64,000 bases of DNA from Pseudomonadota bacterium (GCA_051746205.1 JBNJEU010000005.1:1344-65343), one strand, 5' to 3'; shown: positions 50,811 through 62,370, numbered from the stretch's first letter. Translations and numbers: made by a program. Notes: a model not told the origin generated them from the letters alone.

Positions 50811-51611
50811 GTGAGTGACAACATGTCCGAGGGGGAGGGGAGCGAGGCTCGCTGTTCGGTGCCTCGACACATCGCGGTTATCATGGACGGCAGCGGTCGC
50901 TGGGCGCGCCAGCGCCACATGCCGCGCGTTGCCGGTCATCGCGCGGGCGTCGGCCGGGTGCGTTCCCTGGTGGAGTCGTGTGGTCGTTACGGGGTCGAGG
51001 CCCTGACCCTGTTCGCTTTTTCCACCGAGAACTGGCGCCGGCCCCGCGCCGAGGTCGGGGCGCTGATGGAGCTCTTCATGCAGGCGCTCAAGCGCGAGGT
51101 GCGGGAACTCCACCGCAACAATGTGCGACTGCGCGTCATCGGGGATCGCGAGGCCCTGTCGCCGGCGCTCCAGCAGCGCATCGCCGAGGCCGAGGAACTC
51201 ACCGCCGGCAACGAGGGGCTCGCCCTGAATGTCGCCGCCAACTATGGCGGGCGCTGGGATCTGGCCCAGGCCTCGCGTGCCATGGCGCGCGAGGTCGCGG
51301 CGGGCCGGCTGGATCCCGAGAGCGTCGACGCCGATGAAATCGGAAGCCGGCTGGCGCTTTCGGACCAGCCCGAACCGGATCTGTTCATCCGCACCGGCGG
51401 CGAACAACGGGTCAGCAACTTCCTGCTGTGGCAGCTGGCCTATACCGAACTCTATTTCACCGATACCCTGTGGCCCGATTTCGACGAGGCGGCACTGGAA
51501 CAGGCGCTGGATTCATTCCGGGGCCGGCAGCGCCGTTTCGGCCAGACCGGGGAACAGGTGGAGCAGACCGGGACGAGCGAGTGCTTGGAAAACGCATCCT
51601 CACCGCGCTGA
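50811..51611 (+). CDS. uppS: Undecaprenyl diphosphate synthase
   Basis: [35 protein letters not shown]. Confidence 0.95.
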   Translation: MSDNMSEGEGSEARCSVPRHIAVIMDGSGRWARQRHMPRVAGHRAGVGRVRSLVESCGRYGVEALTLFAFSTENWRRPRAEVGALMELFMQALKREVRELHRNNVRLRVIGDREALSPALQQRIAEAEELTAGNEGLALNVAANYGGRWDLAQASRAMAREVAAGRLDPESVDADEIGSRLALSDQPEPDLFIRTGGEQRVSNFLLWQLAYTELYFTDTLWPDFDEAALEQALDSFRGRQRRFGQTGEQVEQTGTSECLENASSPR

Positions 51612-52375
51612 TCCTGGCCCCGGCGGCCATTGCGGCCATCCTGCTGCTGCCGTCCACGGTCTTTGCCCTGGTGGTCGCGGCGCTGTTGCTGCTCGGGGCC
51701 CGGGAATGGGCGGATCTGGCCGGCGTCGGGCGCCTTGGCGGTGGTCTCTATCCGGCCCTTCTGCTGGTCTTCGGCGTTTTCTGGGTGCTGGAGCCGGCAC
51801 GGCCTGGCGCCATGACCCTTCTCACCGTCGCGGCGGCCTGGTGGGCACTGGTGCTGCTGCTGGTGGTAGCCTACCCGGCGGGACGGCGGGTCTGGAGCGG
51901 TCTTCCGGCGCTGGGTGCCGGGTTCCTGGTGCTCTTCCCCGCCTGGGTCGCGCTGGGCACCCTCCACGGCAGCGAGGGACCTCGCTGGCTGCTGGTTTTG
52001 ATGATCCTGATCTGGGGCGCGGATACCGGCGCCTACTTCGCCGGGCGCGCCTTCGGGCGCCACCGTCTGGCACCGGCGGTGAGCCCCGGCAAGACCTGGG
52101 AGGGGGTCCTCGGTGGCATGGCCCTGGGTATCCCGGTGGCCGCGATCCTGGCGTGGGCGCTGGAGCTTGCACCGCCGCCGCTGTTCTGGCTGCTGGCCGT
52201 GGTAACGGTGGCGGCATCGATCCTCGGGGATCTGGCCGAATCCCTGCTCAAGCGCGTGGCCGACCGCAAGGACAGCGGGACACTCTTCCCCGGCCATGGC
52301 GGGGTGATGGACCGCATCGACAGCGTGACCGCCGCCGCGCCGATCTTCGCCCTCGGTCTGGAGGTGCTGACATGA
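51581..52375 (+). CDS. cdsA: Phosphatidate cytidylyltransferase
   Basis: [18 protein letters not shown] and [12 protein letters not shown]. Confidence 0.95.
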   Translation: MLGKRILTALILAPAAIAAILLLPSTVFALVVAALLLLGAREWADLAGVGRLGGGLYPALLLVFGVFWVLEPARPGAMTLLTVAAAWWALVLLLVVAYPAGRRVWSGLPALGAGFLVLFPAWVALGTLHGSEGPRWLLVLMILIWGADTGAYFAGRAFGRHRLAPAVSPGKTWEGVLGGMALGIPVAAILAWALELAPPPLFWLLAVVTVAASILGDLAESLLKRVADRKDSGTLFPGHGGVMDRIDSVTAAAPIFALGLEVLT

Positions 52376-53562
52376 ACCGGCCCACGGGTCTCACCGTCCT
52401 CGGCTCCACCGGCAGCATCGGGACCAGTACGCTCGATGTGGTGGCGCGCCACCCCGAACGCTACCGGGTGGTGGCGCTGGCCGCCGGTTCACGCGAGGAA
52501 CCGCTGTTCGACCAGTGTCGTCGTTTCCACCCCGACTATGCGGTACTCCAGGACGAGGCGGCGGCGGAGCGGCTGCGGCGCTTGCTGGCGGAGGCCGGGG
52601 AAGAGACCACGGTGCTGGCCGGCGCCGACGGCATGGCGCGCATCGCCGTCCTGCCGGAAGTGGCGCAGGTCATGGCCGCCGTGGTCGGCGCGGCCGGGCT
52701 GCCACCGGCGCTGGCGGCGGCTGAAGCCGGGAAGCGGGTGCTGCTGGCGAACAAGGAGTCGCTGGTGATGGCCGGCGCCCTGTTCATGGAAGCCGTGGCG
52801 CGCGGCGGGGCCGAGCTGCTGCCCATCGACAGCGAGCATAACGCCATCTTCCAGTGCCTGCCGTGGCAGCGGACCGACCTGGCCGCCGCCGGGGCCGAGC
52901 GCATCCTGCTCACCGCTTCCGGCGGCCCGTTCCGCCAGCGCTCCGCCGCCGACCTGGCGGCGGTGACCCCCGAGCAGGCGTGCGCCCACCCCAACTGGGA
53001 CATGGGCCGCAAGATCTCGGTCGACTCGGCGACCCTGATGAACAAGGGGCTGGAGGTCATCGAGGCGTGCTGGCTCTTCGATGCCGCACCGGACCGGATC
53101 CAGGTGGTGGTTCACCCCGAGAGCATTATCCACTCCATGGTTCAGTACCGCGATGGATCCACCCTGGCCCAGCTCGGCAATCCGGACATGCGGACCCCCA
53201 TCGCCCATGCCATGGCGTGGCCCGAACGCATTGACGCCGGGGTCGAGCCACTGGACCTCCTGGCCACGGACCGGTTGAACTTCGAGGCCCCGCGTCCGGA
53301 TGTCTTCCCCTGTCTGCCACTGGCCTATCGTGCCATCCGAACGGGCGGTACGGCGCCGGCAATCCTCAATGCCGCCAATGAGGTGGCGGTGGCCGCCTTC
53401 CTGGACGGGGCACTGGACTTCCCGGGGATCCCGCGGGTGATCGCCGCGGCCCTGGATGCCGTGGAAGTGGCGTCGGCCGACGATCTGTCCACCGTGCTCG
53501 ATGCCGATGGCGCGGCACGCGAGCGGGCCATGCAACTTGTCGAAGCCCACGGTGGTCCATAG
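52372..53562 (+). CDS. dxr: 1-deoxy-D-xylulose-5-phosphate reductoisomerase
   Basis: [39 protein letters not shown]. Confidence 0.97.
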   Translation: MNRPTGLTVLGSTGSIGTSTLDVVARHPERYRVVALAAGSREEPLFDQCRRFHPDYAVLQDEAAAERLRRLLAEAGEETTVLAGADGMARIAVLPEVAQVMAAVVGAAGLPPALAAAEAGKRVLLANKESLVMAGALFMEAVARGGAELLPIDSEHNAIFQCLPWQRTDLAAAGAERILLTASGGPFRQRSAADLAAVTPEQACAHPNWDMGRKISVDSATLMNKGLEVIEACWLFDAAPDRIQVVVHPESIIHSMVQYRDGSTLAQLGNPDMRTPIAHAMAWPERIDAGVEPLDLLATDRLNFEAPRPDVFPCLPLAYRAIRTGGTAPAILNAANEVAVAAFLDGALDFPGIPRVIAAALDAVEVASADDLSTVLDADGAARERAMQLVEAHGGP

Positions 53563-53565
53563 AAC

Positions 53566-54930
53566 ATGACCGGTTTCCTGTTTACCCTCGCCGCCTTCGC
53601 CGTGGCCATCGCCATCCTGGTGGCGGTGCACGAGTACGGCCATTTCCAGGTGGCGCGCTGGTCCGGGGTGCGGGTGCTGCGCTTCTCCATCGGCATGGGC
53701 CGGCCCGTCCTGCGGCGTCAGGGGCGTGACGGCACCGAATACGTGCTCGCCGCGCTGCCCATCGGGGGCTACGTGAAGATGCTCGACGAGCGCGAGGGCG
53801 AGGTCGCCGAGGAGGAGAGCCATCGCGCCTTCAATCGCCAGCCGCTGAATCGGCGCTTCGCCATTGTCGCCGCGGGGCCGGTGGCCAATTTCCTGTTCGC
53901 CATTGCCGCCTATGCAGTGATGCTGATGATCGGGGTCGGTGGGCTCCAATCGACCATTGAACATGTCGCCGCCGACTCCCCGGCCGCCGAGGCCGAACTG
54001 CGGGCCGGGGACCGTCTGGTCAGCATTGATGGCCGCGAGACCCCGACCTGGAACAGCGCGGTGCAGGCATTGTTGCCGGCAGCTCTGGACGGGCGGACCG
54101 TGCCGGTCACGGTGGACCGCGGCGGGACGCCGGTGACCACCGAGCTGAGTGTGCCCCGCATGGTCGATACCGCCGAAGGTGGCGGGGACCTGGGGGGCTG
54201 GGTGGGTCTGAGGCCTGAACGACCGGCCATCCCGCCCGTGCTCGGCGAGATCGTCGCCGGTTCGCCCGCGGCCGAGGCCGGTTTGCGGGCCGGGGACCGC
54301 ATCCTGGCCATCGATGGCCGCGCGATTGCCGACTGGCGGGCCCTGGTGGAAGTCGTGCGGTCGCGGCCGGGCGAATCCATGCGCGTGGCGTTCGAGCGTG
54401 ATGGCGAGCGGCGGGAGATCGCCCTTCGGCCGGAGCGGATCGAAGGGGCCGACGGCACCACGCATGGACGCATGGGCGCGGCCGTGGAACCCCCGGGGCG
54501 GCTGCCGGACGAGTACCGCGCGGTTCTCCGTCAGGGCCCGGTGTCTGCGTTCATCGATGGGGGGGCGCGGACCTGGGAGACCGCGACCATGACCCTGAAG
54601 ATGCTCGGTCGCATGGTGACCGGTCAGGCGTCACTGGAGAATCTCAGCGGCCCGATCACCATCGCGCAGTATGCCGGTCATACCGCCGGCGGTGGCCTTG
54701 TCCAGTTTCTGGCCTTCCTTGCGGTGGTGAGCATCAGTCTCGGGATCATCAACCTGCTTCCCGTGCCGCTCTTGGATGGGGGGCATCTGATGTATTACTG
54801 TGTCGAGTTCGTCAAGGGCAGCCCGGTCTCGGAGCGGACCGAGGCCATCGGCCAGCAGATCGGCATCGCCGCCATCATCGGGCTGATGACCCTGGCCTTC
54901 TACAACGATCTGGCGCGCCTGTTTCAATGA
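53566..54930 (+). CDS. rseP: RIP metalloprotease RseP
   Basis: HEYGH, two PDZ domains, NLLPVPLLDGG. Confidence 0.96.
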   Translation: MTGFLFTLAAFAVAIAILVAVHEYGHFQVARWSGVRVLRFSIGMGRPVLRRQGRDGTEYVLAALPIGGYVKMLDEREGEVAEEESHRAFNRQPLNRRFAIVAAGPVANFLFAIAAYAVMLMIGVGGLQSTIEHVAADSPAAEAELRAGDRLVSIDGRETPTWNSAVQALLPAALDGRTVPVTVDRGGTPVTTELSVPRMVDTAEGGGDLGGWVGLRPERPAIPPVLGEIVAGSPAAEAGLRAGDRILAIDGRAIADWRALVEVVRSRPGESMRVAFERDGERREIALRPERIEGADGTTHGRMGAAVEPPGRLPDEYRAVLRQGPVSAFIDGGARTWETATMTLKMLGRMVTGQASLENLSGPITIAQYAGHTAGGGLVQFLAFLAVVSISLGIINLLPVPLLDGGHLMYYCVEFVKGSPVSERTEAIGQQIGIAAIIGLMTLAFYNDLARLFQ

Positions 54931-54965
54931 GGCGCCGGTCCGGCAAACACTTCAGCGGGATTTCA

Positions 54966-57248
54966 ATGAGAAAATGGCTTCTGGCGGCCGTTCTGTACGG
55001 CCTTCTGACCCCGATTGCGGTGGCCGTCGAGCCGTTCACCGTGGATGACATCCGGGTCGAGGGCCTGCAGCGCATCTCGCTGGGCAGCGTGCTCAATCGC
55101 ATGGAGTTCGAGGCCGGGGAGACTCTGGAGGCGGATGACGCGGCGGCGGTGGTTCGCAACCTCTTCGCCACCGGGTTCTTCCACGACGTGATCCTGAGCC
55201 GTGACGGCGACACTCTGGTGGTGGACGTGCGCGAGCGACCCTCCATCGGGGAACTGACCATCGAGGGCAATCAGGACATCGGTACCGATGAGCTGTCGGA
55301 CAGTCTGGAGTCCATCGGCCTGGCCGAAGGGCGGATCTTCAATCGTTCCGTGCTCGAGCGGGTGGAGCAGGAACTGCGGCGCCAGTACTATTCCAACGGC
55401 AAGTACGGGGTCACCATCGAGACCACGGTGGAGCCGTTGCCGCGCAACCGGGTCGCGGTGCGGGTGGACATCCACGAAGGCGACGTGGCACGTATCCGCC
55501 AGTTGAACCTGGTGGGCAATCGCGCCTTCGAGACCGACGAGCTGCTCGACAATTTCGAACTCGGTCCTCGACGGCCGCTGGCGCTGTTCAGCAGTCGCGA
55601 CAGTTATTCCCAGCAGCGCCTGACCGGGGATCTGGAGACGCTGCGTTCCCACTACCTCGATCGCGGCTATGTGGACTTCCAGATCACCTCCAGTCAGGTC
55701 TCCATCACGCCGGAAAAGGACGATGTCTACGTCACCGTCAATGTCAGCGAGGGGAATCAGTTCACGGTCTCCGAGGTGACCCTCGATGCCCGCCGGTTCC
55801 CCGTGGAGCGCGAGGAACTGGAAGGGATGGTGGAGATCGAGCCGGGCGAGATCTTTTCCCGCAGCCGGGTGACCCGGGCCGCCGAGCGGATCAGCGAGCG
55901 CCTGGCTCGGGAGGGTTATGCCTTTGCCGACGTCAATCCGGTGCCCTCGTTCGACCGCGAGGCGCGGGAGGTAGCGCTGCGCTTCGACATTGAACCGGGC
56001 AATCGGGTCTACGTCCGTCGCATCGAGATCAGCGGCAACAACAAGACCCGCGACGAAGTGATCCGGCGCGAGATGCGCCAGCTCGAAGGGGCGCTGCTGC
56101 TGCCGGAGCGAGTCAACCTCTCGCGTCAGCGGCTGAACCGGCTCGGCTTCTTCGAACAGGTGAATGTGGATACCCGTCCGGTTCCGGGGACCGACGACCA
56201 GGTCGATCTGGAAGTGCGAGTGGTGGAAATGCCGTCGGGCTCGCTCTCGGCCGGCATCGGTTATTCCGAGTCCCAGGGCATGCTGGTCAATGCCAGCGTG
56301 ACCCAGCGCAATTTCCTCGGCACCGGGACCCGCAACAGCCTCACCATCAACAACAGCGAGCAGAGCGAGGTCTACGAGCTCTCCTATACCGATCCCTATC
56401 ACACCCGGTCGGGGATCAGCCGCAGCCTGCGGGCGAACTACCGCTCCACCGACACCGATGGCGGGCGCGCCTTCGTGACCCGGTTCGTGACCGACAGCTA
56501 CGGGGCCGGCGTCAACTACGGCTTCCCCATGGGCGAGCGCGAGACACTGCGCTTCGGTGTGGATTACGAGCACACCCACCTGAAGACCACCGGTGGTTCG
56601 CCGAATGAAGTCGACGACTACATCGATACCTACGGCGACCGCTACGGTAACTGGGAGCTCTCCACCGGCTGGACCTATGACAGCCGGGACCGCGGCCTGT
56701 TCCCCCGTTCCGGGGGACGGCTGAAAACCTCCCTCAGTACCACCGGACCCGGCAGCGACCTGGAGTACTATCGGGTGAGCCTCGACCCCCAGTACTACAT
56801 CCCGCTGGGGGAGCGCGCCACCTTCTCGCTCAGCAGCCGCATCGGCTACGGCGACGGCTACGGTGATACCGATGAACTGCCCATCTTCGAACGCTACTAC
56901 AGCGGAGGCACCAACAGTGTCCGGGGTTTCCGCGCCAACTCACTGGGTCCGCGCGACCAGGAGAACGATCGCGCTCTCGGCGGCTCGTTCGTCACCAATG
57001 CCTCGCTGGAGCTGATGTTCCCGCCGGGGGACGGCGAGAGCATGCGGGTCGGGTTCTTCATCGACGGTGGCAACGTCTTCGCCGACATCGATGACTTCGA
57101 TGGCGACGAGATCCGGGCCTCCTACGGGGCCGGCCTCAACTGGTTGACCCCGGTGGGCCTGCTGCAACTGAGCTACGCGCAGCCGCTCATCGCGGAGGAT
57201 GACGACGAGCTGGAAACCGTGCAGTTCAATATCGGGATGCCATTCTAG
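54966..57248 (+). CDS. bamA: Outer membrane protein assembly factor BamA
   Basis: Signal peptide, POTRA repeats, VRGF motif, C-terminal Phe. Confidence 0.96.
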   Translation: MRKWLLAAVLYGLLTPIAVAVEPFTVDDIRVEGLQRISLGSVLNRMEFEAGETLEADDAAAVVRNLFATGFFHDVILSRDGDTLVVDVRERPSIGELTIEGNQDIGTDELSDSLESIGLAEGRIFNRSVLERVEQELRRQYYSNGKYGVTIETTVEPLPRNRVAVRVDIHEGDVARIRQLNLVGNRAFETDELLDNFELGPRRPLALFSSRDSYSQQRLTGDLETLRSHYLDRGYVDFQITSSQVSITPEKDDVYVTVNVSEGNQFTVSEVTLDARRFPVEREELEGMVEIEPGEIFSRSRVTRAAERISERLAREGYAFADVNPVPSFDREAREVALRFDIEPGNRVYVRRIEISGNNKTRDEVIRREMRQLEGALLLPERVNLSRQRLNRLGFFEQVNVDTRPVPGTDDQVDLEVRVVEMPSGSLSAGIGYSESQGMLVNASVTQRNFLGTGTRNSLTINNSEQSEVYELSYTDPYHTRSGISRSLRANYRSTDTDGGRAFVTRFVTDSYGAGVNYGFPMGERETLRFGVDYEHTHLKTTGGSPNEVDDYIDTYGDRYGNWELSTGWTYDSRDRGLFPRSGGRLKTSLSTTGPGSDLEYYRVSLDPQYYIPLGERATFSLSSRIGYGDGYGDTDELPIFERYYSGGTNSVRGFRANSLGPRDQENDRALGGSFVTNASLELMFPPGDGESMRVGFFIDGGNVFADIDDFDGDEIRASYGAGLNWLTPVGLLQLSYAQPLIAEDDDELETVQFNIGMPF

Positions 57249-57277
57249 GAAGAAGCGGTTCGAACGAGGAGGGAAGC

Positions 57278-57823
57278 ATGAAAATGAACAGACAAAAGGG
57301 CCGTTCGGGGAGGGCGCGTCTGGCCGGATTATTGGGGATGGCCCTGCTGTTTCTGGCATCGCTGGCCCAGGCCGAGGACGACCTCCGCATCGGCGTGGTG
57401 GATGTGTCGGCGCTCTTCCAGCAGGCGCCCCAGGCCCAGACGGCGAATTTTCGACTGCAGCAGGAGTTCGGTCAGCGGGAACAGGAGCTGGTGGCCAAGC
57501 AGCAGGAACTCCAGGAGAAGCAGGAGCGACTGGAGAACGAGGGGGACCTGATGAGCGCCGGCCAGCGCCAGGAACTGGAGCAGGAAGCGCAGAACCTGCG
57601 TCGGCAGCTGCGGCGCTCCCAGGAGGCCTTCCAGGAGGATGTCAACGTCCGTCGCAACGAGGAGCTTGGCCGGGTTCAGCGCCAGATCTTCGCCATCATC
57701 GAGGACATGGCCGAGAGCGAGGGCTTCGACGTGATCCTGGGCGAGAACGTGATCTACGCCGCGGATACCGTGGACATCACGCCGGAGGTCCTCGAGCGGC
57801 TGGAGCAGGAGCACGAGGAGTAG
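57278..57823 (+). CDS. skp: Periplasmic chaperone Skp/OmpH
   Basis: Signal peptide, IGVVD, helical core, VDITPEVL. Confidence 0.92.
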   Translation: MKMNRQKGRSGRARLAGLLGMALLFLASLAQAEDDLRIGVVDVSALFQQAPQAQTANFRLQQEFGQREQELVAKQQELQEKQERLENEGDLMSAGQRQELEQEAQNLRRQLRRSQEAFQEDVNVRRNEELGRVQRQIFAIIEDMAESEGFDVILGENVIYAADTVDITPEVLERLEQEHEE

Positions 57824-57831
57824 TCTCCGCC

Positions 57832-58851
57832 ATGGCCGCCCGATCGCTGGAGGAGCTCGCCGGGATCGTCGATGCGCGCATCGAGGGGGAATCCCGTCCG
57901 GCCATCGCCGGACTGGCGAGTCTGACGGGTGCCGGGGCCGGGGATCTGGCCTTCGCCGCCGGTGACTGGGCGGTGCGGGCGTTGCGCGCCACCGGGGCCG
58001 GGGCGGTCGTGGTCGCTCCCGAGCTGCTTGCCGAGGCGCCGACCACGGCGCTGGTGGTGGAGAATCCGCGCGCGGCCTTTGCCCGGATCGCCCGTCTGTT
58101 CGATACCGCCCCGGCTCCGGAGCCCGGGATTCACGCCACCGCGACCATCGATCCCGCTGCGACCATTGCCCCCGATGCCGCCATCGGCCCCCACTGCGTG
58201 GTCGAGGCGGGGGCCGTCATCGGTTCCGGTTGCCGGCTCGGTCCGGGTTGTCTGGTGGGCCATCGGGCACGGCTCGGCGCGGGGTGCCATCTGGTGGCAC
58301 GGGTTACCGTGCTCCACGAGGTGGAACTCGGGGCGCGGGTCGTGATCCATCCGGGGGCGGTGATCGGCAGTGACGGCTTCGGACTGGCGCGTACCGGCGA
58401 CCACTGGGAAAAGGTTCCGCAGCTGGGGCGGGTGGTCATCGGCGACGACGTCGAGATCGGCGCCAATACCACCATCGATCGCGGCGCCCTGGACGACACG
58501 GTTGTTGAACAGGGCGTCAAGCTGGATAATCAGGTCCATATCGCCCACAACGTCCACATCGGGGCGCACACGGTGATGGCTGGTTGCACCGGCATCGCCG
58601 GCAGTGTCCGGATCGGACGGGATTGCGCGCTGGGAGGGGGCGTGGGGGTGGCCAATCACGTCACCCTGGGCGACGCCGTGACCGTGACCGGGATGTCGCT
58701 GGTGAGCCGTTCCCTCACCAGCCCGGGGATCTACTCCGCCGGTCTTCCGGCGCTGGAGAACGACCGTTTCAATCGCAACGCGGTGCGCTTCCGGCAACTG
58801 GACGACATGGCCCGGCGACTGAAGGCGCTGGAAAAAGACTCCGAAAAATAA
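57832..58851 (+). CDS. lpxD: UDP-3-O-acylglucosamine N-acyltransferase
   Basis: Hexapeptide repeats, [25 protein letters not shown]. Confidence 0.96.
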   Translation: MAARSLEELAGIVDARIEGESRPAIAGLASLTGAGAGDLAFAAGDWAVRALRATGAGAVVVAPELLAEAPTTALVVENPRAAFARIARLFDTAPAPEPGIHATATIDPAATIAPDAAIGPHCVVEAGAVIGSGCRLGPGCLVGHRARLGAGCHLVARVTVLHEVELGARVVIHPGAVIGSDGFGLARTGDHWEKVPQLGRVVIGDDVEIGANTTIDRGALDDTVVEQGVKLDNQVHIAHNVHIGAHTVMAGCTGIAGSVRIGRDCALGGGVGVANHVTLGDAVTVTGMSLVSRSLTSPGIYSAGLPALENDRFNRNAVRFRQLDDMARRLKALEKDSEK

Positions 58852-58870
58852 CACTGACAGAGGAAAGACC

Positions 58871-59323
58871 TTGGTACAACTCGATATTAACGGCATCATG
58901 GAACACCTGCCGCATCGCTATCCCTTCCTGATGGTGGACCGGGTGCTGGAGCTCGAACCGGGCGAGCGGCTGCTGGGCTACAAGAACGTCAGCTACAACG
59001 AGCCCTACTTCACCGGTCATTTCCCGCAGAAACCGGTGATGCCGGGCGTTCTCATCGTCGAGGCGCTCGCTCAGGCCACCGGCATTCTCGCCTTCCACAC
59101 CACCGGCCGGCGGCCGGAACAGGGCTCCCTCTATTATCTGGTGGGCGTTGACAACGCCCGCTTCAAGAAGCAGGTGGTCCCCGGCGACCAGCTGCGGCTC
59201 GAGGTGCGGGTCGTGCGCTCCAGCCGCGGGGTCTGGAAGTTCAGCGGCGAGGCCTCGGTGGAGGACGGGAGTGTGGCCGCCAGCGCCGACCTCATGTGCG
59301 CGGAACGGGACGCGGCGGAGTGA
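58871..59323 (+). CDS. fabZ: 3-hydroxyacyl-ACP dehydratase
   Basis: [11 protein letters not shown] and GHFP...[12 protein letters not shown]. Confidence 0.97.
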   Translation: MVQLDINGIMEHLPHRYPFLMVDRVLELEPGERLLGYKNVSYNEPYFTGHFPQKPVMPGVLIVEALAQATGILAFHTTGRRPEQGSLYYLVGVDNARFKKQVVPGDQLRLEVRVVRSSRGVWKFSGEASVEDGSVAASADLMCAERDAAE

Positions 59324-60093
59324 AGGTCGACCCCCGGGCCGTCGTGGACTCCTCCGCGACTCTGGCCGAGGGGGTCACCGTTTCGCCGTTTGCCATCGTC
59401 GGGGCCGATGTGACCATCGGCCCCGGCACCTGGATCGGTCCCCACTGCGTGATCCAGGGGCCGTCCACCATCGGAGCCAACAACCGGATCTACCAGTTCG
59501 CGTCGGTGGGGGACGACCCGCAGGACAAGAAGTATCGTGGGGAACACACCACCCTCGAGATCGGCGACGGCAACGTCATCCGCGAATACACCACCATCAA
59601 TCGCGGGACTCGGCAGGGTGGCGGCGTGACCCGGATCGGCCACGAGAACTGGATCATGGCTTACGTCCACATCGCCCACGACTGCATTGTCGGCGACCAC
59701 ACCACCTTCGCCAACGGTGCCTCTCTCGCCGGCCATGTGAACGTGGACGATCATGCCATTCTCGGCGGTTTCAGTCTGATCCACCAGTTCAGCCACCTGG
59801 GCCGGTACACCTTCTCGGCCATGGGGGCGGTGGTAAACAAGGATGTCCCGCCCTTCGTGCGCATCTCCGGCAATCCGGCGGAGCCGCGCGGCCTCAATAC
59901 CGAGGGGCTGAAGCGTGCCGGTTTCGGCGAGGAGAGCCTCGGGCGTCTGCGTCAGGCGTATCGGCGGATCTATCGGGAGGGGCTGACCATCGAGGACGCC
60001 CTGGAACTCCTCGCCGATCTCATCGACATGGACCCCGATGTGGCGGAGTTCTGCCGTTTCGTCAGCGAGAGTCGTCGGGGGATCCTGCGCTGA
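59320..60093 (+). CDS. lpxA: Acyl-ACP-UDP-N-acetylglucosamine acyltransferase
   Basis: PQDKKY, TINRGT, HIAHDC (catalytic His), LAGHV, DVPPF. Confidence 0.96.
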   Translation: MKVDPRAVVDSSATLAEGVTVSPFAIVGADVTIGPGTWIGPHCVIQGPSTIGANNRIYQFASVGDDPQDKKYRGEHTTLEIGDGNVIREYTTINRGTRQGGGVTRIGHENWIMAYVHIAHDCIVGDHTTFANGASLAGHVNVDDHAILGGFSLIHQFSHLGRYTFSAMGAVVNKDVPPFVRISGNPAEPRGLNTEGLKRAGFGEESLGRLRQAYRRIYREGLTIEDALELLADLIDMDPDVAEFCRFVSESRRGILR

Positions 60094-61243
60094 TCCGACC
60101 GTTGTCGGCGATGATCTCCACGGCCCATTCGGCCACCGCCTCCGGGGCATCCCCTTCCCCGAGACGGGCGCGCAGCTCGGCCAGTTCCCCCCGGACCCGC
60201 TCGGCGTAGGCGGTGTCGAAGAGCAGCCGCCACAGTTCGTCGGCGATGTTGGCGCCGGTGGCCTCCTTCTGCAGGAATTCCCGGACCACGGGCTTTTCCG
60301 CCACGATGTTCACCAGCGAGACGTGGTCGAGATTGACCAGCATGCGGGCGATCCACCAGGTCAGTGTGGAGACCCGATAGATCACCGTCAGCGGCGTGCC
60401 CATGAGACCGATCTGGAGGGTGGCCGTGCCCGAGGCGCTGGCGATGGCGTCACAGGCAGCGGTCGCGGCGTGGAACTGCCCCCGGACGATGGTGGCCTCG
60501 ATGCCTGCCGTCGCCAGCGGCTCCTCCACCAGGGCCGGGTCGAGACCGTCGGCCAGGGGCAGCAGGAAGCGGATGGTGGGATCGTCCGCCAGTAGCCGGC
60601 TGGCGGCGTCCGCAAGCTCCGGCATCAGCCGCTGCAGTTCGCTGACCCGCGAGCCGGGGAAGAGGCCGACGATGCGTGGTTCCTGCGGCAGCCCGAGAAC
60701 ACGGCGGGCGTGGCCCCGACTCATGTCCACCGGGGTGTCGGTGGCCAGTGGATGGCCGACGAAGCGGACCGGAACACCGACTTCCTCGTAGATGGGCACT
60801 TCGAAGGGGAATACGACGGCCATGGCGTCGACCCGCCGGGCGATGGTCTTCAGGCGGCCCTTGCGCCAGGCCCAGATCTGGGGGCTGATGTAGTAGAGCA
60901 CCGGCACACCCTGTTCCTGCGCGGTCGCGGCCAGGCGCAGATTGAATTCCGGCAGGTCGGTGACGATGAGCAGGTCGGGCTGCTCATCCACCAGCCGCTG
61001 GCGCATCTCCGCGAGCCGCCGCTTGATGTGGCGGTAGTGGCTGAGGACCTCGACGATCCCGACCAGCGACAGTTCCGAGGCGGAGAAGGCCAGTTCCACA
61101 CCGGCGGCCTCCATGGCCGGGCCGCCGACACCGAAGAAGGTGGCGGCGGGCAGGTCCCGGCGGATGGTCTCGACGACGCGGGCGGCATGGGCATCGCCGG
61201 AGGCCTCGCCGGCAATCACCATGATGCGTGGGGCGTGTTTCAT
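60062..61243 (-). CDS. lpxB: Lipid-A-disaccharide synthase, opposite strand to lpxA
   Basis: IAGEASGD, YYISPQIWAWR, LFPGSRVSE, ASGTATL. Confidence 0.95.
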   Translation of the reverse strand: MKHAPRIMVIAGEASGDAHAARVVETIRRDLPAATFFGVGGPAMEAAGVELAFSASELSLVGIVEVLSHYRHIKRRLAEMRQRLVDEQPDLLIVTDLPEFNLRLAATAQEQGVPVLYYISPQIWAWRKGRLKTIARRVDAMAVVFPFEVPIYEEVGVPVRFVGHPLATDTPVDMSRGHARRVLGLPQEPRIVGLFPGSRVSELQRLMPELADAASRLLADDPTIRFLLPLADGLDPALVEEPLATAGIEATIVRGQFHAATAACDAIASASGTATLQIGLMGTPLTVIYRVSTLTWWIARMLVNLDHVSLVNIVAEKPVVREFLQKEATGANIADELWRLLFDTAYAERVRGELAELRARLGEGDAPEAVAEWAVEIIADNGRISAGSPDDSR

Positions 61244-62331
61244 GCGGCGGCGCGGATGGCGTCCACGATGGAGTGGATCTGCTCCTTGGAAAGCTCGGGG
61301 AACATCGGCAGCGACAGGACTTCCGCGGCGGCCTGTTCGGTCACCGGCAGACGGACGCCCCGGCACTCCTCGGCGAACGCCTTCTGCTGATGCAGCGGGA
61401 CCGGGTAGTAGACCGCCGAGGCCGCGCCGGCCTCCTGCAGTGCCTGCTGGATCGCCTCGCGCTTCTCCACCCGCAGGGTGTACTGGTGGTAGACGTGGGT
61501 GCCGCCGGTCTCCGGCGGCGGGGTCACACCGGGGACATCGGCGAGCAGCTCACTGTAGAGGTGGGCGGCGCGGCGGCGCCCCTCGTTGTAGCCGCGCATG
61601 CGCTTGAGCTTGATCCGCAGGATCACCGCCTGCAGCTCGTCCAGCCGACTGTTGTAGCCGACCACGTCGTGGTAGTAGCGTTCGCTGCTGCCGTGGTTGC
61701 GCAGCATCCGGATCCGGTCGGCGACGGCGTCGTCGTCGGTGGTGATCATCCCGCCGTCGCCGTAGCAGCCGAGGTTCTTGCTCGGGAAGAAGCTGAAGGC
61801 GCCGGCGATGCCGAAGCGGCCGGTCATGGTGCCGTCGATGTCGGCGCCGAAGGACTGGGCACAGTCCTCGACCACCTTCAGCCCGTGCTTCTCCGCGATC
61901 GGCATCAGGGCCCCCATGTCGGCCGGCTGGCCGAACAGGTGCACCGGCAGGATGGCGCGGGTATTCGGCGTGATGGCGGCCTCGACGGCGGCCGGGTCGA
62001 TGTTGAAGCCGGCCGGTTCGATGTCGACGAAGACCGGCGTCGCGCCGACGTAGCGGATCGCCTCGGCGGTGGCGATGAAGGTGAACGGGCTGGTGATGAC
62101 CTCGTCACCCGGGCCGATGTCGGCGGCGTCCAGGGCCAGGTGCAGGGCGTCGGTACCGGAGGCGCAGGTGATGGCGTGGCGCACGCCGAGCCATTCCGCG
62201 GCCTCCTGTTCGAAGGCCTGGACGTTCGGGCCAAGGATGTACTGGGTCGCGCCCAGCGCCTCCAGGATGGCCGGTTCGATCTCCTCGCGCAGACTCTCGT
62301 ACTGGCCGCGCAGGTCAACCATTGGGATCAT
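61240..62331 (-). CDS. gnnB: DegT/DnrJ PLP aminotransferase, probable GnnB (UDP-GlcNAc3N synthesis)
   Basis: SGTDALHLAL, EDCAQS, SFFPSKNLG and NSRLDELQA motifs; 4-bp overlap with lpxB. Confidence 0.78.
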   Translation of the reverse strand: MIPMVDLRGQYESLREEIEPAILEALGATQYILGPNVQAFEQEAAEWLGVRHAITCASGTDALHLALDAADIGPGDEVITSPFTFIATAEAIRYVGATPVFVDIEPAGFNIDPAAVEAAITPNTRAILPVHLFGQPADMGALMPIAEKHGLKVVEDCAQSFGADIDGTMTGRFGIAGAFSFFPSKNLGCYGDGGMITTDDDAVADRIRMLRNHGSSERYYHDVVGYNSRLDELQAVILRIKLKRMRGYNEGRRRAAHLYSELLADVPGVTPPPETGGTHVYHQYTLRVEKREAIQQALQEAGAASAVYYPVPLHQQKAFAEECRGVRLPVTEQAAAEVLSLPMFPELSKEQIHSIVDAIRAAA

Positions 62332-62370
62332 GTCTCGTTCCTCGGGTTCGGAGTGGGTCGGTTCGGTTCG

